From: Candidatus Bathyarchaeia archaeon
GTDB lineage: Archaea > Thermoproteota > Bathyarchaeia > Bathyarchaeales > Bathycorpusculaceae
Assembly (NCBI GenBank): GCA_049515895.1
Contig: JBEKTQ010000001.1
Span: 96,001-160,000 of the forward strand
Length of the DNA: 64,000 nucleotides
Reading direction: 5' to 3'
In this document: piece after piece, positions 19,669 to 29,793 of the stretch
Numbering within the stretch: position 1 is the first letter of the stretch
Layout: each line of letters begins with the position of its first letter
Translations under genes and position numbers: made by a program
The notes under the pieces: generated by a model
The model's input: only the letters and a program-made list of their open reading frames with translations
Told to the model about the DNA's origin: nothing
Database searches by the model: none

Positions 19669-20626
19669 CTTTCAGCCCCTCCACATGTTGTTGATGCTCA
19701 TCCAAAATTTCGCCATGCTCACTTAACTTTCTGCTGACAAGTTTGACGAAAACGTCGTCTAAGCTGTCTCGGCGCGTTTGGATGTCGCTCCAATCCATTT
19801 TTGACTGTTCAGCAGCTGCCAAAGCCGCAAGAGCATCAATTTTCTGTTTGATCGGTACGCTTACTACTCCTCTGGCGGCATCGTAGTCGACGTGCAACTC
19901 CGTGTTTGCTTTGATATATTGGGCTAACTGTTCAGACCCGCGAATTTCAAGTCTTTCTCCTGAGCCGTGCTCCGCAATGATTTCGTCGCTTGTTCCCATG
20001 GCAACAATTTTCCCATGATCCATTATGGCGACTCTATCGGATAATTGCTGTGCCTCATCGAGGTAATGGGTCGTCAAAATGATTGTATTACCCTTAGCTT
20101 TCAATCCGCGGATGACTTCCCAGATCGCTCTCCTAGCGTTCGGGTCAAGTCCAGTAGTTGGTTCATCAAGAAACAGCAGTTCAGGGGTATTCACGAGCGA
20201 AAGAGCCAGCCCCATCTTTTGTTTTTGTCCGCCTGAAAGGCTGTCGAAATTGGTTTTAGCTGATTCTTCAAGCAAAACCTCCTTCAAAATATCATCGGGG
20301 TTCACTTTTATGTCGAAAAGGTCAGCATAGTAGATGATGGCTTCCCTCGGGGTTGTCTTCTCAATAAAATTAAATTCTTGAGGAATAACACCGATTTTCT
20401 TGTGAAGTTCATAACCGTTTTTCCACGGGTCAAAGCCGAGAACTTTTGCGTCGCCGCCGTCTCTTTCACGCAAGCCCTCTAAAATTTCTATGGTTGTGGT
20501 TTTGCCTGCGCCGTTTGGACCTAAAAGAGCGAAAACTTCACCCGTGTTAACGCTGAAAGAGATGTCATCTACGGCTTTTAGGCTTCCATAATTTTTTTTG
20601 AGGGAATGGACTTCAATGGAAATCAA
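19661..20626 (-). CDS. ABC exporter ATP-binding protein
   Basis: GPNGAGKTT, LSGGQKQK, LLFLDEPTTGLD, TTHY. Confidence 0.95.
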   Translation of the reverse strand: MISIEVHSLKKNYGSLKAVDDISFSVNTGEVFALLGPNGAGKTTTIEILEGLRERDGGDAKVLGFDPWKNGYELHKKIGVIPQEFNFIEKTTPREAIIYYADLFDIKVNPDDILKEVLLEESAKTNFDSLSGGQKQKMGLALSLVNTPELLFLDEPTTGLDPNARRAIWEVIRGLKAKGNTIILTTHYLDEAQQLSDRVAIMDHGKIVAMGTSDEIIAEHGSGERLEIRGSEQLAQYIKANTELHVDYDAARGVVSVPIKQKIDALAALAAAEQSKMDWSDIQTRRDSLDDVFVKLVSRKLSEHGEILDEHQQHVEGLKDV

Positions 20627-20733
20627 TAGGCATTGCCCCTTTTTCTTGACTTGTTAAAGTGATCCTCCCTTTTTTGCGTTAATCTTTGTTTATATAACTT
20701 TCGGCTGTAGAATTAGGCGTTTCTAAATAGATT

Positions 20734-21252
20734 CTAAGTCGGTTTGCTCGGTTGTTTTTTAAGAACTTTTCGGTTTGATGCTTCGTTTAGTCTGTCGAAG
20801 ATAAACAACATTAAATCTTCTGGCGACACGTACCTGAGCCCCTTTTTAAGGTAAACTTGAATTTCAAAAATGCTTCGATCATATATTGTTCTGATGAGGT
20901 AATAATCAAATTTTAACGCCCTCTTTTTCTCCCTTTCGCCCTTATAATAGCGAATAACGCAAAAGAAATCCATATTTCTCAAAGTCTGGTTCGCAAGAAG
21001 ATTCGTCGCTTTCTTGACTTCTTCCTCGTCAATGTAGTTGAAGCTGCAGGCGTCAGCTAGACCGAACTCAAAAATTATCCTGCACCCTGGAATCGTGGGG
21101 TGAGCCACTTCTTCAAAAGTGAATTCTCCCCTGTTTATGTCGTAAAGCATTTGGATCAGCCTCTGTTGAAGCTGTCGGCTTGGGATAGTTGAAGTGAAGC
21201 TCTGCACAAATTGGATGTTTGGGGGAAAGTTGTCGAATACGCCCAGCGTCAA
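20734..21252 (-). CDS. hypothetical protein
   Basis: 172-aa ORF starting 7 nt downstream of the UPF0148 gene; no family recognised. Confidence 0.7.
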   Translation of the reverse strand: MTLGVFDNFPPNIQFVQSFTSTIPSRQLQQRLIQMLYDINRGEFTFEEVAHPTIPGCRIIFEFGLADACSFNYIDEEEVKKATNLLANQTLRNMDFFCVIRYYKGEREKKRALKFDYYLIRTIYDRSIFEIQVYLKKGLRYVSPEDLMLFIFDRLNEASNRKVLKKQPSKPT

Positions 21253-21258
21253 ATATTC

Positions 21259-21642
21259 CTACTGTGTTTTTTTAATTTTCTGTATTTTGTCGAGGCTGTC
21301 CAGTAGCTGGGATAATGCGGCACTTAACTTTTGCAGTTCTTCCGTGTCTTGGGTTTCTTCGATTTTACGCTGCAAGTCCTCAATTTTGCTGAGCAAAGTA
21401 GATTCAAGCTTGTCATATGGCGTGCCAATGCTGGGCGCGGCTGGTGGTTCTTCGCCTTCTTTTACGACGACGACTTTTTTCTCGTCTTTTGCGCACCACA
21501 AAGTGCCATCTTGCAGCCTGAAGAGGGGAGACGAGCAATTGGGACATGACAAGTCGGTTAAAGTGGCGCCTTGACTCAGCAGGTCAGCCATGCGTTTAAT
21601 TGGCGTATTCTTGTCTTTTTTTTCTTGCAAGAGCAACCCCAA
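21259..21642 (-). CDS. UPF0148 / Sjogren's syndrome autoantigen 1-like zinc-finger protein
   Basis: MADLLSQGATLTDLSCPNCSSPLFRLQDGTLWC. Confidence 0.85.
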   Translation of the reverse strand: MGLLLQEKKDKNTPIKRMADLLSQGATLTDLSCPNCSSPLFRLQDGTLWCAKDEKKVVVVKEGEEPPAAPSIGTPYDKLESTLLSKIEDLQRKIEETQDTEELQKLSAALSQLLDSLDKIQKIKKTQ

Positions 21643-21698
21643 AGTAAATACGTATCAATACTTATATAACTTGGTTACTTGGAGAAATCAGTGGGGCA

Positions 21699-21986
21699 GT
21701 GTTCATCATGGTTCGCAAAAAGAAAGCTGAGGAGTATGAAGGCAAAATTCAACAGGCATTAACTGTGCTTGCAGAGGTTTCCGAGGACAGCACCACACCG
21801 AGAAACATTAGACGCTCAGCAAAAGACGCCATGAACGCCCTTCACAGTGGTGAATACACGCCAGCCGTGCGCGCTTCAAACGCGGTTTCGCTTCTAGACG
21901 AGATTCTCCAGGACCCCAACATGCCACCCTACACTCGGGTAAAACTTTGGAATGTAATGAGCTTCATCGAAGCAATAAAAGACTAG
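21699..21986 (+). CDS. UPF0147 family protein
   Basis: DSTTPRNIRRSA, RASNAVSLLDEILQDPNMPPYTR. Confidence 0.92.
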   Translation: MFIMVRKKKAEEYEGKIQQALTVLAEVSEDSTTPRNIRRSAKDAMNALHSGEYTPAVRASNAVSLLDEILQDPNMPPYTRVKLWNVMSFIEAIKD

Positions 21987-22060
21987 TCAGCTTTCAAACA
22001 AACTTTTCGTTAATTTATCTTAGAAATGAATCGTTCAGTTGTTTCTGTCTAGTCCCCACA

Positions 22061-22531
22061 TTAGCTTTTCTGTTTCGCTTTCTTCATTTGCTTGTATGAC
22101 ATAGCGCAGTGGATGCAGCAGAACGCTGTTTCTCTGCCGTCTATCACTTCTCGGTAACCGCCTTCATAGACTTTGCATCCGCAGTGAGCGCAGACGTAAA
22201 GGCTTGGTTCAATAGCGATTGACACTAGTTCGGCGAAACGTTTGAAAAGTTCAGTACATAATTCCCTTCCCGCCTCAGTTAACTCGAAAATCTTTCTTTC
22301 CTTTTGGCCTACCGGTCTTAACGTGTGTTTAACTAAGCCTTTCTCTTCCAACTGCTGAAGGAAAGGGTAAACCAGGCTTGGGCTAACATCCTTTTTAACT
22401 CTTTTTTTGAATCGGCTAATGATGCTGTAACCATGCGCTGGCCCCTCGTACAGTATGGTGAGTATATAGAAGCGCGAGAAGTCACTGATTAATTCATCAA
22501 AACTATTTCCAGACTGGTTATCGTCAGGCAT
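22061..22531 (-). CDS. PadR-family transcription regulator with C-terminal TRASH-like metal-binding domain
   Basis: HGYSII, SLVYPFLQQLEEKGLV, RKIFELTEAG; CAHCGC...FCCIHC. Confidence 0.88.
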   Translation of the reverse strand: MPDDNQSGNSFDELISDFSRFYILTILYEGPAHGYSIISRFKKRVKKDVSPSLVYPFLQQLEEKGLVKHTLRPVGQKERKIFELTEAGRELCTELFKRFAELVSIAIEPSLYVCAHCGCKVYEGGYREVIDGRETAFCCIHCAMSYKQMKKAKQKS

Positions 22532-22704
22532 TTTTTTCGCAAATTCATAAGAGATGTTTAGCCATAATAAATGTTTTTTAGATATATCCTGAAAAGAGCC
22601 TGTCTATCAAAGAAAAGCCGTCAATTTTTGCGTTCTACGGATTTGTGCTAATAGATATATGCTACTTGTTACATTTCACTTTGGGTTCAGAGAGGAGTGC
22701 GCCA

Positions 22705-24096
22705 GTGAAACATGACGTAATAATTGTTGGTGCAGGACCAGCAGGCATATTTTCAGCGCTAGAACTAACCGAGAAAACAAACTTGAACGTCCTCATGATT
22801 GACATGGGACCCGACATTGACCAACGCAAATGTCCATCCAGCCGCGGTTTCGAATGCGTGCATTGTGAACCCTGCTCGGTTCTTTCAGGCTGGGGCGGAG
22901 CAGGCGCTTACAGTGACGGAAAACTCACTTTGTCAACAGAGGTTGGCGGCTGGTTGAACCAGTACGTTTCAAACAAAGAACTCCAAGCCCTCGTTAAACA
23001 CGTCGATAGCATCTACCTGAAATTTGGAGCAAGCGACCGAGTTTACGGCGGCGACAGCGAGAGAGTAGATGAAATCGAACGTAAAGCGTCCCTTGCAGGA
23101 TTAAAGCTAATCAGGCAAGAGGTCCGTCACATGGGCACGGACAAATGCAAAGAAACCCTTCAACGAATGCGCAAAGAACTCAACGGGAAAATCAATTTCC
23201 GCCCAAAATCAGAGGTTAAAGCGCTTATCACCGAGAACCATCTGATCCAAGGCGTCGAAACGGTTGAGGGAGAAAAAATCTTCGGCAAATATGTGATAAT
23301 TGCCCCGGGTAGGAGCGGCGCAGAATGGCTTCAAACGGAAGCTCAGGTTCGCGGATTGAAAACTGTGAACAACCCCGTCGACATCGGTGTACGCGTTGAA
23401 GTTTTGGCTTCGGTCATGGAGAACTTGACTAAGACGCTTTACGAGCCAAAACTTGTTTATTACTCACGGCAATTTGATGACCAAGTCCGCACCTTCTGTG
23501 TCTCACCGTACGGCGAAGTCACCACGGAATCATACGACGGCGTATTAACCGTTAATGGCGGAAGCTACGCAGAGAGAAAAACCGATAACACCAACTTCGC
23601 TATCCTTGTCAGCACCTCGTTCACGGAGCCCTTCAAAGAGCCTATTGCTTACGGCAAATATGTTGCTAGGCTTTCAAATCTTTTAAGCGGAGGCGTGATG
23701 GTTCAGCGCCTAGGAGATTTAGTTGTTGGGCGCCGCTCGACACCTGAACGTTTAGCGCGAAGCATAGTTACCCCAACTTTGAAAAATGCTACTCCAGGCG
23801 ACTTAAGCTTCGTTTTACCCTACCGATACCTTGTAGACATACGCGAGATGCTTCAAGCCTTAGACGTTATAGCGCCTGGGATCCAATCGCGTGACACCTT
23901 GCTTTACGGTATAGAAGTCAAGTTTTACTCTTCCCATTTGCAACTTAGCAATGCTTTGGAAAGCAAGATTCAGAACATGTTTACCATCGGTGACGGTGCA
24001 GGAGTTACACGCGGATTAATTCAAGCTTCAGCTTCAGGGGTAATCGTGGCTCGAGAAATCTTGAAACGTGAACACTTAAAGGCAGAACAAACCTAA
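22705..24096 (+). CDS. FAD-dependent oxidoreductase (uncharacterised FAD-dependent dehydrogenase family)
   Basis: IIVGAGPAG Rossmann motif, GWGGAGAYSDGKL, VRTFC, IGDGAGVTRG; GTG start after GAGGAG. Confidence 0.9.
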   Translation: MKHDVIIVGAGPAGIFSALELTEKTNLNVLMIDMGPDIDQRKCPSSRGFECVHCEPCSVLSGWGGAGAYSDGKLTLSTEVGGWLNQYVSNKELQALVKHVDSIYLKFGASDRVYGGDSERVDEIERKASLAGLKLIRQEVRHMGTDKCKETLQRMRKELNGKINFRPKSEVKALITENHLIQGVETVEGEKIFGKYVIIAPGRSGAEWLQTEAQVRGLKTVNNPVDIGVRVEVLASVMENLTKTLYEPKLVYYSRQFDDQVRTFCVSPYGEVTTESYDGVLTVNGGSYAERKTDNTNFAILVSTSFTEPFKEPIAYGKYVARLSNLLSGGVMVQRLGDLVVGRRSTPERLARSIVTPTLKNATPGDLSFVLPYRYLVDIREMLQALDVIAPGIQSRDTLLYGIEVKFYSSHLQLSNALESKIQNMFTIGDGAGVTRGLIQASASGVIVAREILKREHLKAEQT

Positions 24097-24193
24097 GAGG
24101 CCCGCTTTCCAGAATTAATACTTCCAACTTCGTTTCTGACAAACTTTAAAAGCGACCCTATATTATCAACCAATACCAAAAACAGGCAGAGAT

Positions 24194-24736
24194 GTGAAAA
24201 TGAGCGATAATAGCGATGTATTATCTAAAGTTAAAGGTCAAATGAACCTTCCCGAGCGCATAGCCGCTTTTGTTCCAGGTTTCCGCGGCTATAAGGAAAA
24301 AGAGATACGTCGAGAAAGCGACAGGCTCATCAGGAATCACCTGTACATGAAACTGTCTAATGAAAAGACCGATCTAAGAGACATTGAGCAGAAACTGGCT
24401 GACCGCCGCTACTTCGATGTCTTAACAGACATGGATCGTTTAATAGCCAAAATGGACCGCGTTGTCGAGAAAGTCAATCATGCTTCCTACGGGTACAGCG
24501 GCTTCTTTGACGCTGTAAAAGTAAGAGAAGACAACCTTGACAACATGATATCCTTCGACAATAAGCTTCTGGACGGCATAAACGCCTTAACGGTGGAAGT
24601 TGACGCTTTTAAAGCAGACATATCCAGCGGCGCGACTTCGAACCTGAAATCTCGGGTTCAAACCGTAACTGATAAGCTTGAAAGTTTTGAGAACACGTTT
24701 GATCAACGTAATGAAGTGATCATGGGAGTGAGCTAA
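24194..24736 (+). CDS. conserved helical hypothetical protein
   Basis: VPGFRGYKEKEIRRESDRLIR and HASYGYSGFFD motifs, coiled-coil pattern; 1 nt upstream of the SPFH gene. Confidence 0.8.
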   Translation: MKMSDNSDVLSKVKGQMNLPERIAAFVPGFRGYKEKEIRRESDRLIRNHLYMKLSNEKTDLRDIEQKLADRRYFDVLTDMDRLIAKMDRVVEKVNHASYGYSGFFDAVKVREDNLDNMISFDNKLLDGINALTVEVDAFKADISSGATSNLKSRVQTVTDKLESFENTFDQRNEVIMGVS

Positions 24737-24737
24737 A

Positions 24738-25724
24738 ATGCCACAAGTAATAGAATGGACAAATGCATCCCCAGACGCAATAATTTACAAGTATCCAGTC
24801 GAAGACATAACTTGGGGAGCGCAACTAATCGTTCATGAATATGAAATGGCTGTGTTCTTCAGGGACGGCAAAGCCTATGACGTTTTTGGCGCTGGCAGGC
24901 ACACACTGACAACGCTTAATTTGCCTTTGGTTACTGGTTTGCTGACGCGTCTTGCAGGATTCGGCGCTAACAAACCGTTTAAAGCGATGGTCATTTACGT
25001 CGCCACTAAAGTTTTCAACGGCAAGTGGGGCACAAGCGCACAAACCACAGAGTTGGCTCCGCTCAAAGTTTTCGGACAGTTCCTGTTCAAGATAGAAGAT
25101 GCTATGCTATTCGTGAATGAGGTTGTGGGCGGACAGAATCTTTTCGACACAAACGGTGTCAACGATTTCCTGCGAGGCTTCTTAAACGAAAAGATAATCG
25201 CGGAACTTTCCCATTATGACTTAGTTACTGTCTTCACCAGACTGCAAGAAACTTCGATAATTGTCAAAAACGCGGTCTTAGACTACTTCAAACGCTTAGG
25301 CATCGAGCTGACGGACCTTCGGTTCGAAGGCATCGACACTACGCCTGAATACCGTGAACGGCTGTTCTGGCTTAAAACCGGCAGCACACCAGCGGACACA
25401 GTCTTACGAATGGAAACTGTGAAGAGCGCAGCTGCGTCTCTCGGTCAAGGGGGCGGTGGTGGCGGAGCAGGCTTAGGCACAGGCATGGTGCTCATACCCC
25501 AAATCATGAATTCAGCAGGTCAAGTTCAGGCGCAAGCACCTACAGCAGCCCTTGTGATATGCCCCAAATGCGGCGCGCATGTTCCGGCAACATCAAAGTT
25601 CTGTCCCGAATGCGGAACCTCACTTACTCCTCCATCGCAAGCCACAATCAACTGCCCCAAATGCGGTCACTCAATTCCAGCGAGCTCAAAGTTCTGTCCC
25701 GAATGCGGCGCAACAATTTCGTAG
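24738..25724 (+). CDS. SPFH (band 7) domain protein, YdjI-like, with double zinc ribbon
   Basis: GAQLIVHEYEMAVFFRDGKAYDVFGAGRHTLTTLNLP; Gly-rich linker; two CPKCG..KFCPECG ribbons. Confidence 0.9.
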   Translation: MPQVIEWTNASPDAIIYKYPVEDITWGAQLIVHEYEMAVFFRDGKAYDVFGAGRHTLTTLNLPLVTGLLTRLAGFGANKPFKAMVIYVATKVFNGKWGTSAQTTELAPLKVFGQFLFKIEDAMLFVNEVVGGQNLFDTNGVNDFLRGFLNEKIIAELSHYDLVTVFTRLQETSIIVKNAVLDYFKRLGIELTDLRFEGIDTTPEYRERLFWLKTGSTPADTVLRMETVKSAAASLGQGGGGGGAGLGTGMVLIPQIMNSAGQVQAQAPTAALVICPKCGAHVPATSKFCPECGTSLTPPSQATINCPKCGHSIPASSKFCPECGATIS

Positions 25725-25736
25725 GGAAGCCAAACC

Positions 25737-26084
25737 ATGTCTGAAAGTAGGCGGCAGCTGCTAACTATCGGCGTTTTCTTCATAATAGTAGTAGTCGCCA
25801 TACTCCTCTATCCTACAAACGTAACTCATAACTGGGCGAACATTTTCCAACTAATCTTAGTTCTGTTCGGAGTTTGGATCCTGGTTCTCGCAGCAATGAG
25901 AGCTCTAAGCCCTCAAAAGTACGAACGCTCAGCATATAGCACGATTCAAATGGGCGTTCTCCTAATGGCTTTGGGCGGCGCTTGGTTCCTGTGGAGCATA
26001 AGCTGGATTTATTCGATAGCCCTGTTGCTACTTGCACTCGGCGCAATAGCAATCGCTTCAGCCATGCGAAAAAAGACTCCATGA
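25737..26084 (+). CDS. four-TM membrane protein
   Basis: 115 aa with four hydrophobic segments; 12 nt after the SPFH stop. Confidence 0.75.
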   Translation: MSESRRQLLTIGVFFIIVVVAILLYPTNVTHNWANIFQLILVLFGVWILVLAAMRALSPQKYERSAYSTIQMGVLLMALGGAWFLWSISWIYSIALLLLALGAIAIASAMRKKTP

Positions 26085-26150
26085 GCCGTTTTCCGGCTCT
26101 AAACATTTTTCTATGTCTTTGTGCAGTCACATTTGCAGAAGGCCTTAGTT

Positions 26151-27752
26151 ATGACTGAAGAAGTTATCGGACGCGGCACATGGTACGACATGATGGCCAA
26201 AAAAGTAATTGACCGTGAGCGTGGCCTGGGCAGAGACATGAGTAAACTTCGCACTGAGATGGGTCTTGGCGCCTCAGGGTTCCCACACATCGGCAGCCTA
26301 GGCGACGCAGCCCGTTCCTACACTGTCACGCTTGCCCTGAAGGGTTTAGGCTTCGATTCTGAGTTGATCGCTTACTGTGACGACAAAGATGGCTTGCGCA
26401 AGGTTCCAGTAGGATTATCGAAGGATTTGGAGAAGTATCTTGGTTACCCAGTGTCCAGCATTCCTGACCCCTTCGGCTGCCATGAAAGCTACGGCAAACA
26501 CATGAGTTCTCTTCTTTTGGAGTCTCTGGACAAATGTGGAATACGTTACCGTTACTTCTCAGCCAAAGAGGTCTACCAGAAAGGGCTGCTGCTTAACGAA
26601 ATCAGAACCATTCTGCTAAATGCAAAGAAAGTCGGCGAAATCGTAAAAGAAGAGGTGGGTCAAGAACGCTACACTGAAGTCCTGCCTTTCTTCCCTGTCT
26701 GCAGCAACTGTGGACGGATCTACACTACAAAAGCTTACAAGTTCGAACCCGAAACTGATAAAGTCCTCTACAAGTGTGAAGGATTAGAAATCCGCGGCAA
26801 ACTCATCGAAGGTTGCGGGCACAACGGCGAAGCAAACGTTGCAAAAGGCGAAGGGAAATTAACTTGGAAAGGTGAGTTCGCAGCACGCTGGAAAGCATTG
26901 GATATACGTTTTGAAGCTTTTGGGAAAGACATCGCTGACTCAGTGAAAATCAACGATAGAATATGCAGAGAAGTCCTTTGCTTTGAACCGCCGTCGCATG
27001 CAAGGTACGAGATGTTCCTTGATAAGGGCGGAAAGAAAATCTCAAAATCAGCGGGCAACGTTTTCACTCCTCAAGTTTGGTTCCGCTATGGTTCTCCTCA
27101 ATCGCTACTTCTGTTAATGTTGAAAAGGTTTGTTGGCACACGAACCTTAGATGTGTCGGATATTCCAGTGTACATGAATGAGCTTGACCACCTTGAAGAT
27201 ACTTACTTCGGTAAGAAGAAGGCTGGCGAAAAAGAAGCAATTAGACTTAGAGGTTTGTTTGAGTACTGCTATGTGACGGAGCCGCCGTCAAAGGCACGCA
27301 TTCATGTGCCCTATAATTTAATGGCCTTCCTCGTTAAAATGGCGCCAAAAGACTTTCCGGAAGATTACGTCGTTGAGAAACTTCGAAGTTATGGTTACAT
27401 GCAGAAAAGCCAGGCCTTAGACGCTAACTTGAAGCAGCGGATCGAATATGCGCTGAACTGGATTGGTGACTTCGAAGAAATCAAAGAAACAGACGTGACT
27501 TTGAAGTCCGAAGAAAAAGCTGCGGTCGCAGAACTGATCGCTAAACTTGAAACTGAAGATGAACCGGACAAAATCCAAAATGCCATCTTTAACGCTGCAA
27601 AAAACAACGGTGTCCAACCTGGCAGTTTCTTCAAGACACTATATCAAATTTTGATGGGTGCACCGCAAGGACCGCGCTTAGGTCCGTACGTGCTTGCCAT
27701 GGGAAAACAAAATGTCATTGCGGCTCTAAAGAGAGCAATCAGCAAAAATTAA
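26151..27752 (+). CDS. lysS: lysine--tRNA ligase, class I
   Basis: SGFPHIGS (HIGH), KISKSAGN (KMSKS), PVCSNCG zinc region, QGPRLGPY. Confidence 0.96.
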   Translation: MTEEVIGRGTWYDMMAKKVIDRERGLGRDMSKLRTEMGLGASGFPHIGSLGDAARSYTVTLALKGLGFDSELIAYCDDKDGLRKVPVGLSKDLEKYLGYPVSSIPDPFGCHESYGKHMSSLLLESLDKCGIRYRYFSAKEVYQKGLLLNEIRTILLNAKKVGEIVKEEVGQERYTEVLPFFPVCSNCGRIYTTKAYKFEPETDKVLYKCEGLEIRGKLIEGCGHNGEANVAKGEGKLTWKGEFAARWKALDIRFEAFGKDIADSVKINDRICREVLCFEPPSHARYEMFLDKGGKKISKSAGNVFTPQVWFRYGSPQSLLLLMLKRFVGTRTLDVSDIPVYMNELDHLEDTYFGKKKAGEKEAIRLRGLFEYCYVTEPPSKARIHVPYNLMAFLVKMAPKDFPEDYVVEKLRSYGYMQKSQALDANLKQRIEYALNWIGDFEEIKETDVTLKSEEKAAVAELIAKLETEDEPDKIQNAIFNAAKNNGVQPGSFFKTLYQILMGAPQGPRLGPYVLAMGKQNVIAALKRAISKN

Positions 27753-27976
27753 CATCCTTCCCCTAAGTGCTCAAGCAACAACTGAAGAGAAAAAAGTAAA
27801 CGACTCTGATTTTGCAGTTTCTTGAAAACTAGCATTTCTTTTGACTTCTTATCTTTCTTTTTTAATTACCGCTAAGCAGACAGATAGGAAGCCAAAAGAC
27901 TTAACTGGTATGTTAGCCACAATGTTTGATACCTGTTGTTTAGGTTTCCTGTGAGGCTGAACAGGACCTATGTATT

Positions 27977-29575
27977 ATGAGATCAAAACAACATAAAAGG
28001 CAAGACCGTGTTGGAAAAGAAGAAATTTTAAGCTCTATCTCTTCATCCTGCATTTTGCCTTTTGCATTAGAGCGGTTACGCGATATTTTGGAAAATATTC
28101 CGTCAGCTGTAATGGTCTTAGAAAAGCCCGACGGAACAGTGACTCTCGCGAATAAAAGAGCAATTGAATTGTTTGGTTTGAACCCTTGCGGTTTTAAGTT
28201 AGACGAGTATGCCGCGGCTCTAAAAACATACATGTTAGACGGTAAGGTTTGCCCAATTGAACAACTTTATACTTACAGGGCATTATTTAATGAAGAGACG
28301 ATTCTTAACGCGCCTGAAATTATCGAACGGCCTGATGGGAAACGTTTCATTCTTAATGTAAGTGCAAGACCGCTTTACGATAATGAAGGCAAACCTATGG
28401 CTGTAGTTACTATTTTCGATGATGCAACTGAAAGCGTCAAGACGCAAGAGGCGCTTCGAGAAAGCGAAGACAGGTTAAAAATGGCACAGAGGATCGCTCA
28501 TGTGGGCAGCTGGGAATATTACACTAAAGAAGATAGGGCGATTTGGTCCGACGAGCTATTTAGCATGTTTGGCATGAAGCCCCAAAAGTTTGGCCCCAAC
28601 ACGACTGAGTACGTCCAACACATCTATCCTGAAGATCGAGAAAGAATCAACCAAAAGATGGAACAACTATTGTTCAAGGCAAAGTTGTTTTCTAAAACAA
28701 GTTTTGATTACCGCATCGTCAGGCGCGACGGCTCAATAAGAACTATTCATTCCGAGCGAATAGTCAGGGAAATGAGCGAAGACGGCAAACCAGCAAGAAT
28801 AGTTGGCATTGAACAGGATATAACTGAACGTAAGCAAATTGAACAGAAACTTGAGGACTACGCGAAAAATCTTGAGCAAATCGTTGACGAGCGAACAAAG
28901 CAGCTCCAGAACGCCGAACGCTTGGCCGCTATTGGACAAACCGCAGGTATGATTGGTCATGACATTCGCAACCCGTTGCAAACGATCACTGGAGAGCTGT
29001 TTTTGATGAAACAGGAAATGGATACTTTGCCTGATGGCCCGCGCAAAATGGAGGTCGAAGAAAGCCTGCGTACCATACAAGAACAAACAGACTATATCAG
29101 CAAGATTATCTCTGACTTGCAAGATTTTGCAAGGCCCCTCAAACCTGAGATGGGTCAGGTAGACTTGTGCGTTGCCATTCCACAATTGCTCTCAACAGTC
29201 GTGGTTCCAAGCAACATCGAAATAGTCCAAGAATGCGAAAGGAAACTGCGGGTAAAAGCTGATTTTACGTTTCTGAAACGTATTCTTGTAAACCTCGTCA
29301 CAAACGCTATCCAAGCGATGCCAAACGGCGGCAACCTGTCAATTAAAGCATTCCACGATGACAGCGGCATCAACGTTACCGTTTCGGATACAGGTGTCGG
29401 CATCCCAGACGAGATAAAGCCGAAGCTTTTCCAGCCGCTGATGACAACCAAAGCCAAGGGTCAAGGCTTCGGGTTAGCGGTTGTAAAACGATTAATGGAA
29501 GCACAGGGCGGAACAGTGAGCTTTGAAAGCAAGGTTGGCGAAGGAACACAGTTCAAAATAGTTTTCCCGAAATAA
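27977..29575 (+). CDS. cytoplasmic PAS-PAS sensor histidine kinase
   Basis: two PAS/PAC domains (AHVGSWEY, DITERKQ); H-box GHDIRNPL, N-box NLVTNAIQAM, DTGVGI, GQGFGLAV. Confidence 0.93.
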   Translation: MRSKQHKRQDRVGKEEILSSISSSCILPFALERLRDILENIPSAVMVLEKPDGTVTLANKRAIELFGLNPCGFKLDEYAAALKTYMLDGKVCPIEQLYTYRALFNEETILNAPEIIERPDGKRFILNVSARPLYDNEGKPMAVVTIFDDATESVKTQEALRESEDRLKMAQRIAHVGSWEYYTKEDRAIWSDELFSMFGMKPQKFGPNTTEYVQHIYPEDRERINQKMEQLLFKAKLFSKTSFDYRIVRRDGSIRTIHSERIVREMSEDGKPARIVGIEQDITERKQIEQKLEDYAKNLEQIVDERTKQLQNAERLAAIGQTAGMIGHDIRNPLQTITGELFLMKQEMDTLPDGPRKMEVEESLRTIQEQTDYISKIISDLQDFARPLKPEMGQVDLCVAIPQLLSTVVVPSNIEIVQECERKLRVKADFTFLKRILVNLVTNAIQAMPNGGNLSIKAFHDDSGINVTVSDTGVGIPDEIKPKLFQPLMTTKAKGQGFGLAVVKRLMEAQGGTVSFESKVGEGTQFKIVFPK

Positions 29576-29666
29576 ACAAAATAACCGGGCTGCGCGTTAC
29601 CACTATTTTTAAGTTTAAGCAAAGTGTTTACTATTCTGCCCCTATTTTCTGGGCACGAAAAAGTTT

Positions 29667-29742
29667 GGGCTCGTCGTCTAGTACGGATTATGACACCGGC
29701 CTGCGGAGCCGGAGGTCCTGGGTTCAAATCCCAGCGGGCCCG
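29667..29742 (+). tRNA. tRNA-Arg(GCG), intronless
   Basis: GGGCTCG/CGGGCCC acceptor stem; CCGGC-CTGCGGA-GCCGG anticodon arm; GGTTCAAATCC T-loop. Confidence 0.95.
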
Positions 29743-29793
29743 TTTTTAATTTACCCCATGGAAAAAATTGGATTCGCTTAATAGTTTAAGCGC

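Noticed and set aside
25559-25712. Near-identical DNA repeats (TGCCCCAAATGCGG; TCAAAGTTCTGTCCCGAATGCGG) suggesting a mini-CRISPR
   Set aside because: They encode the two zinc ribbons of the SPFH protein; only two copies and no cas genes
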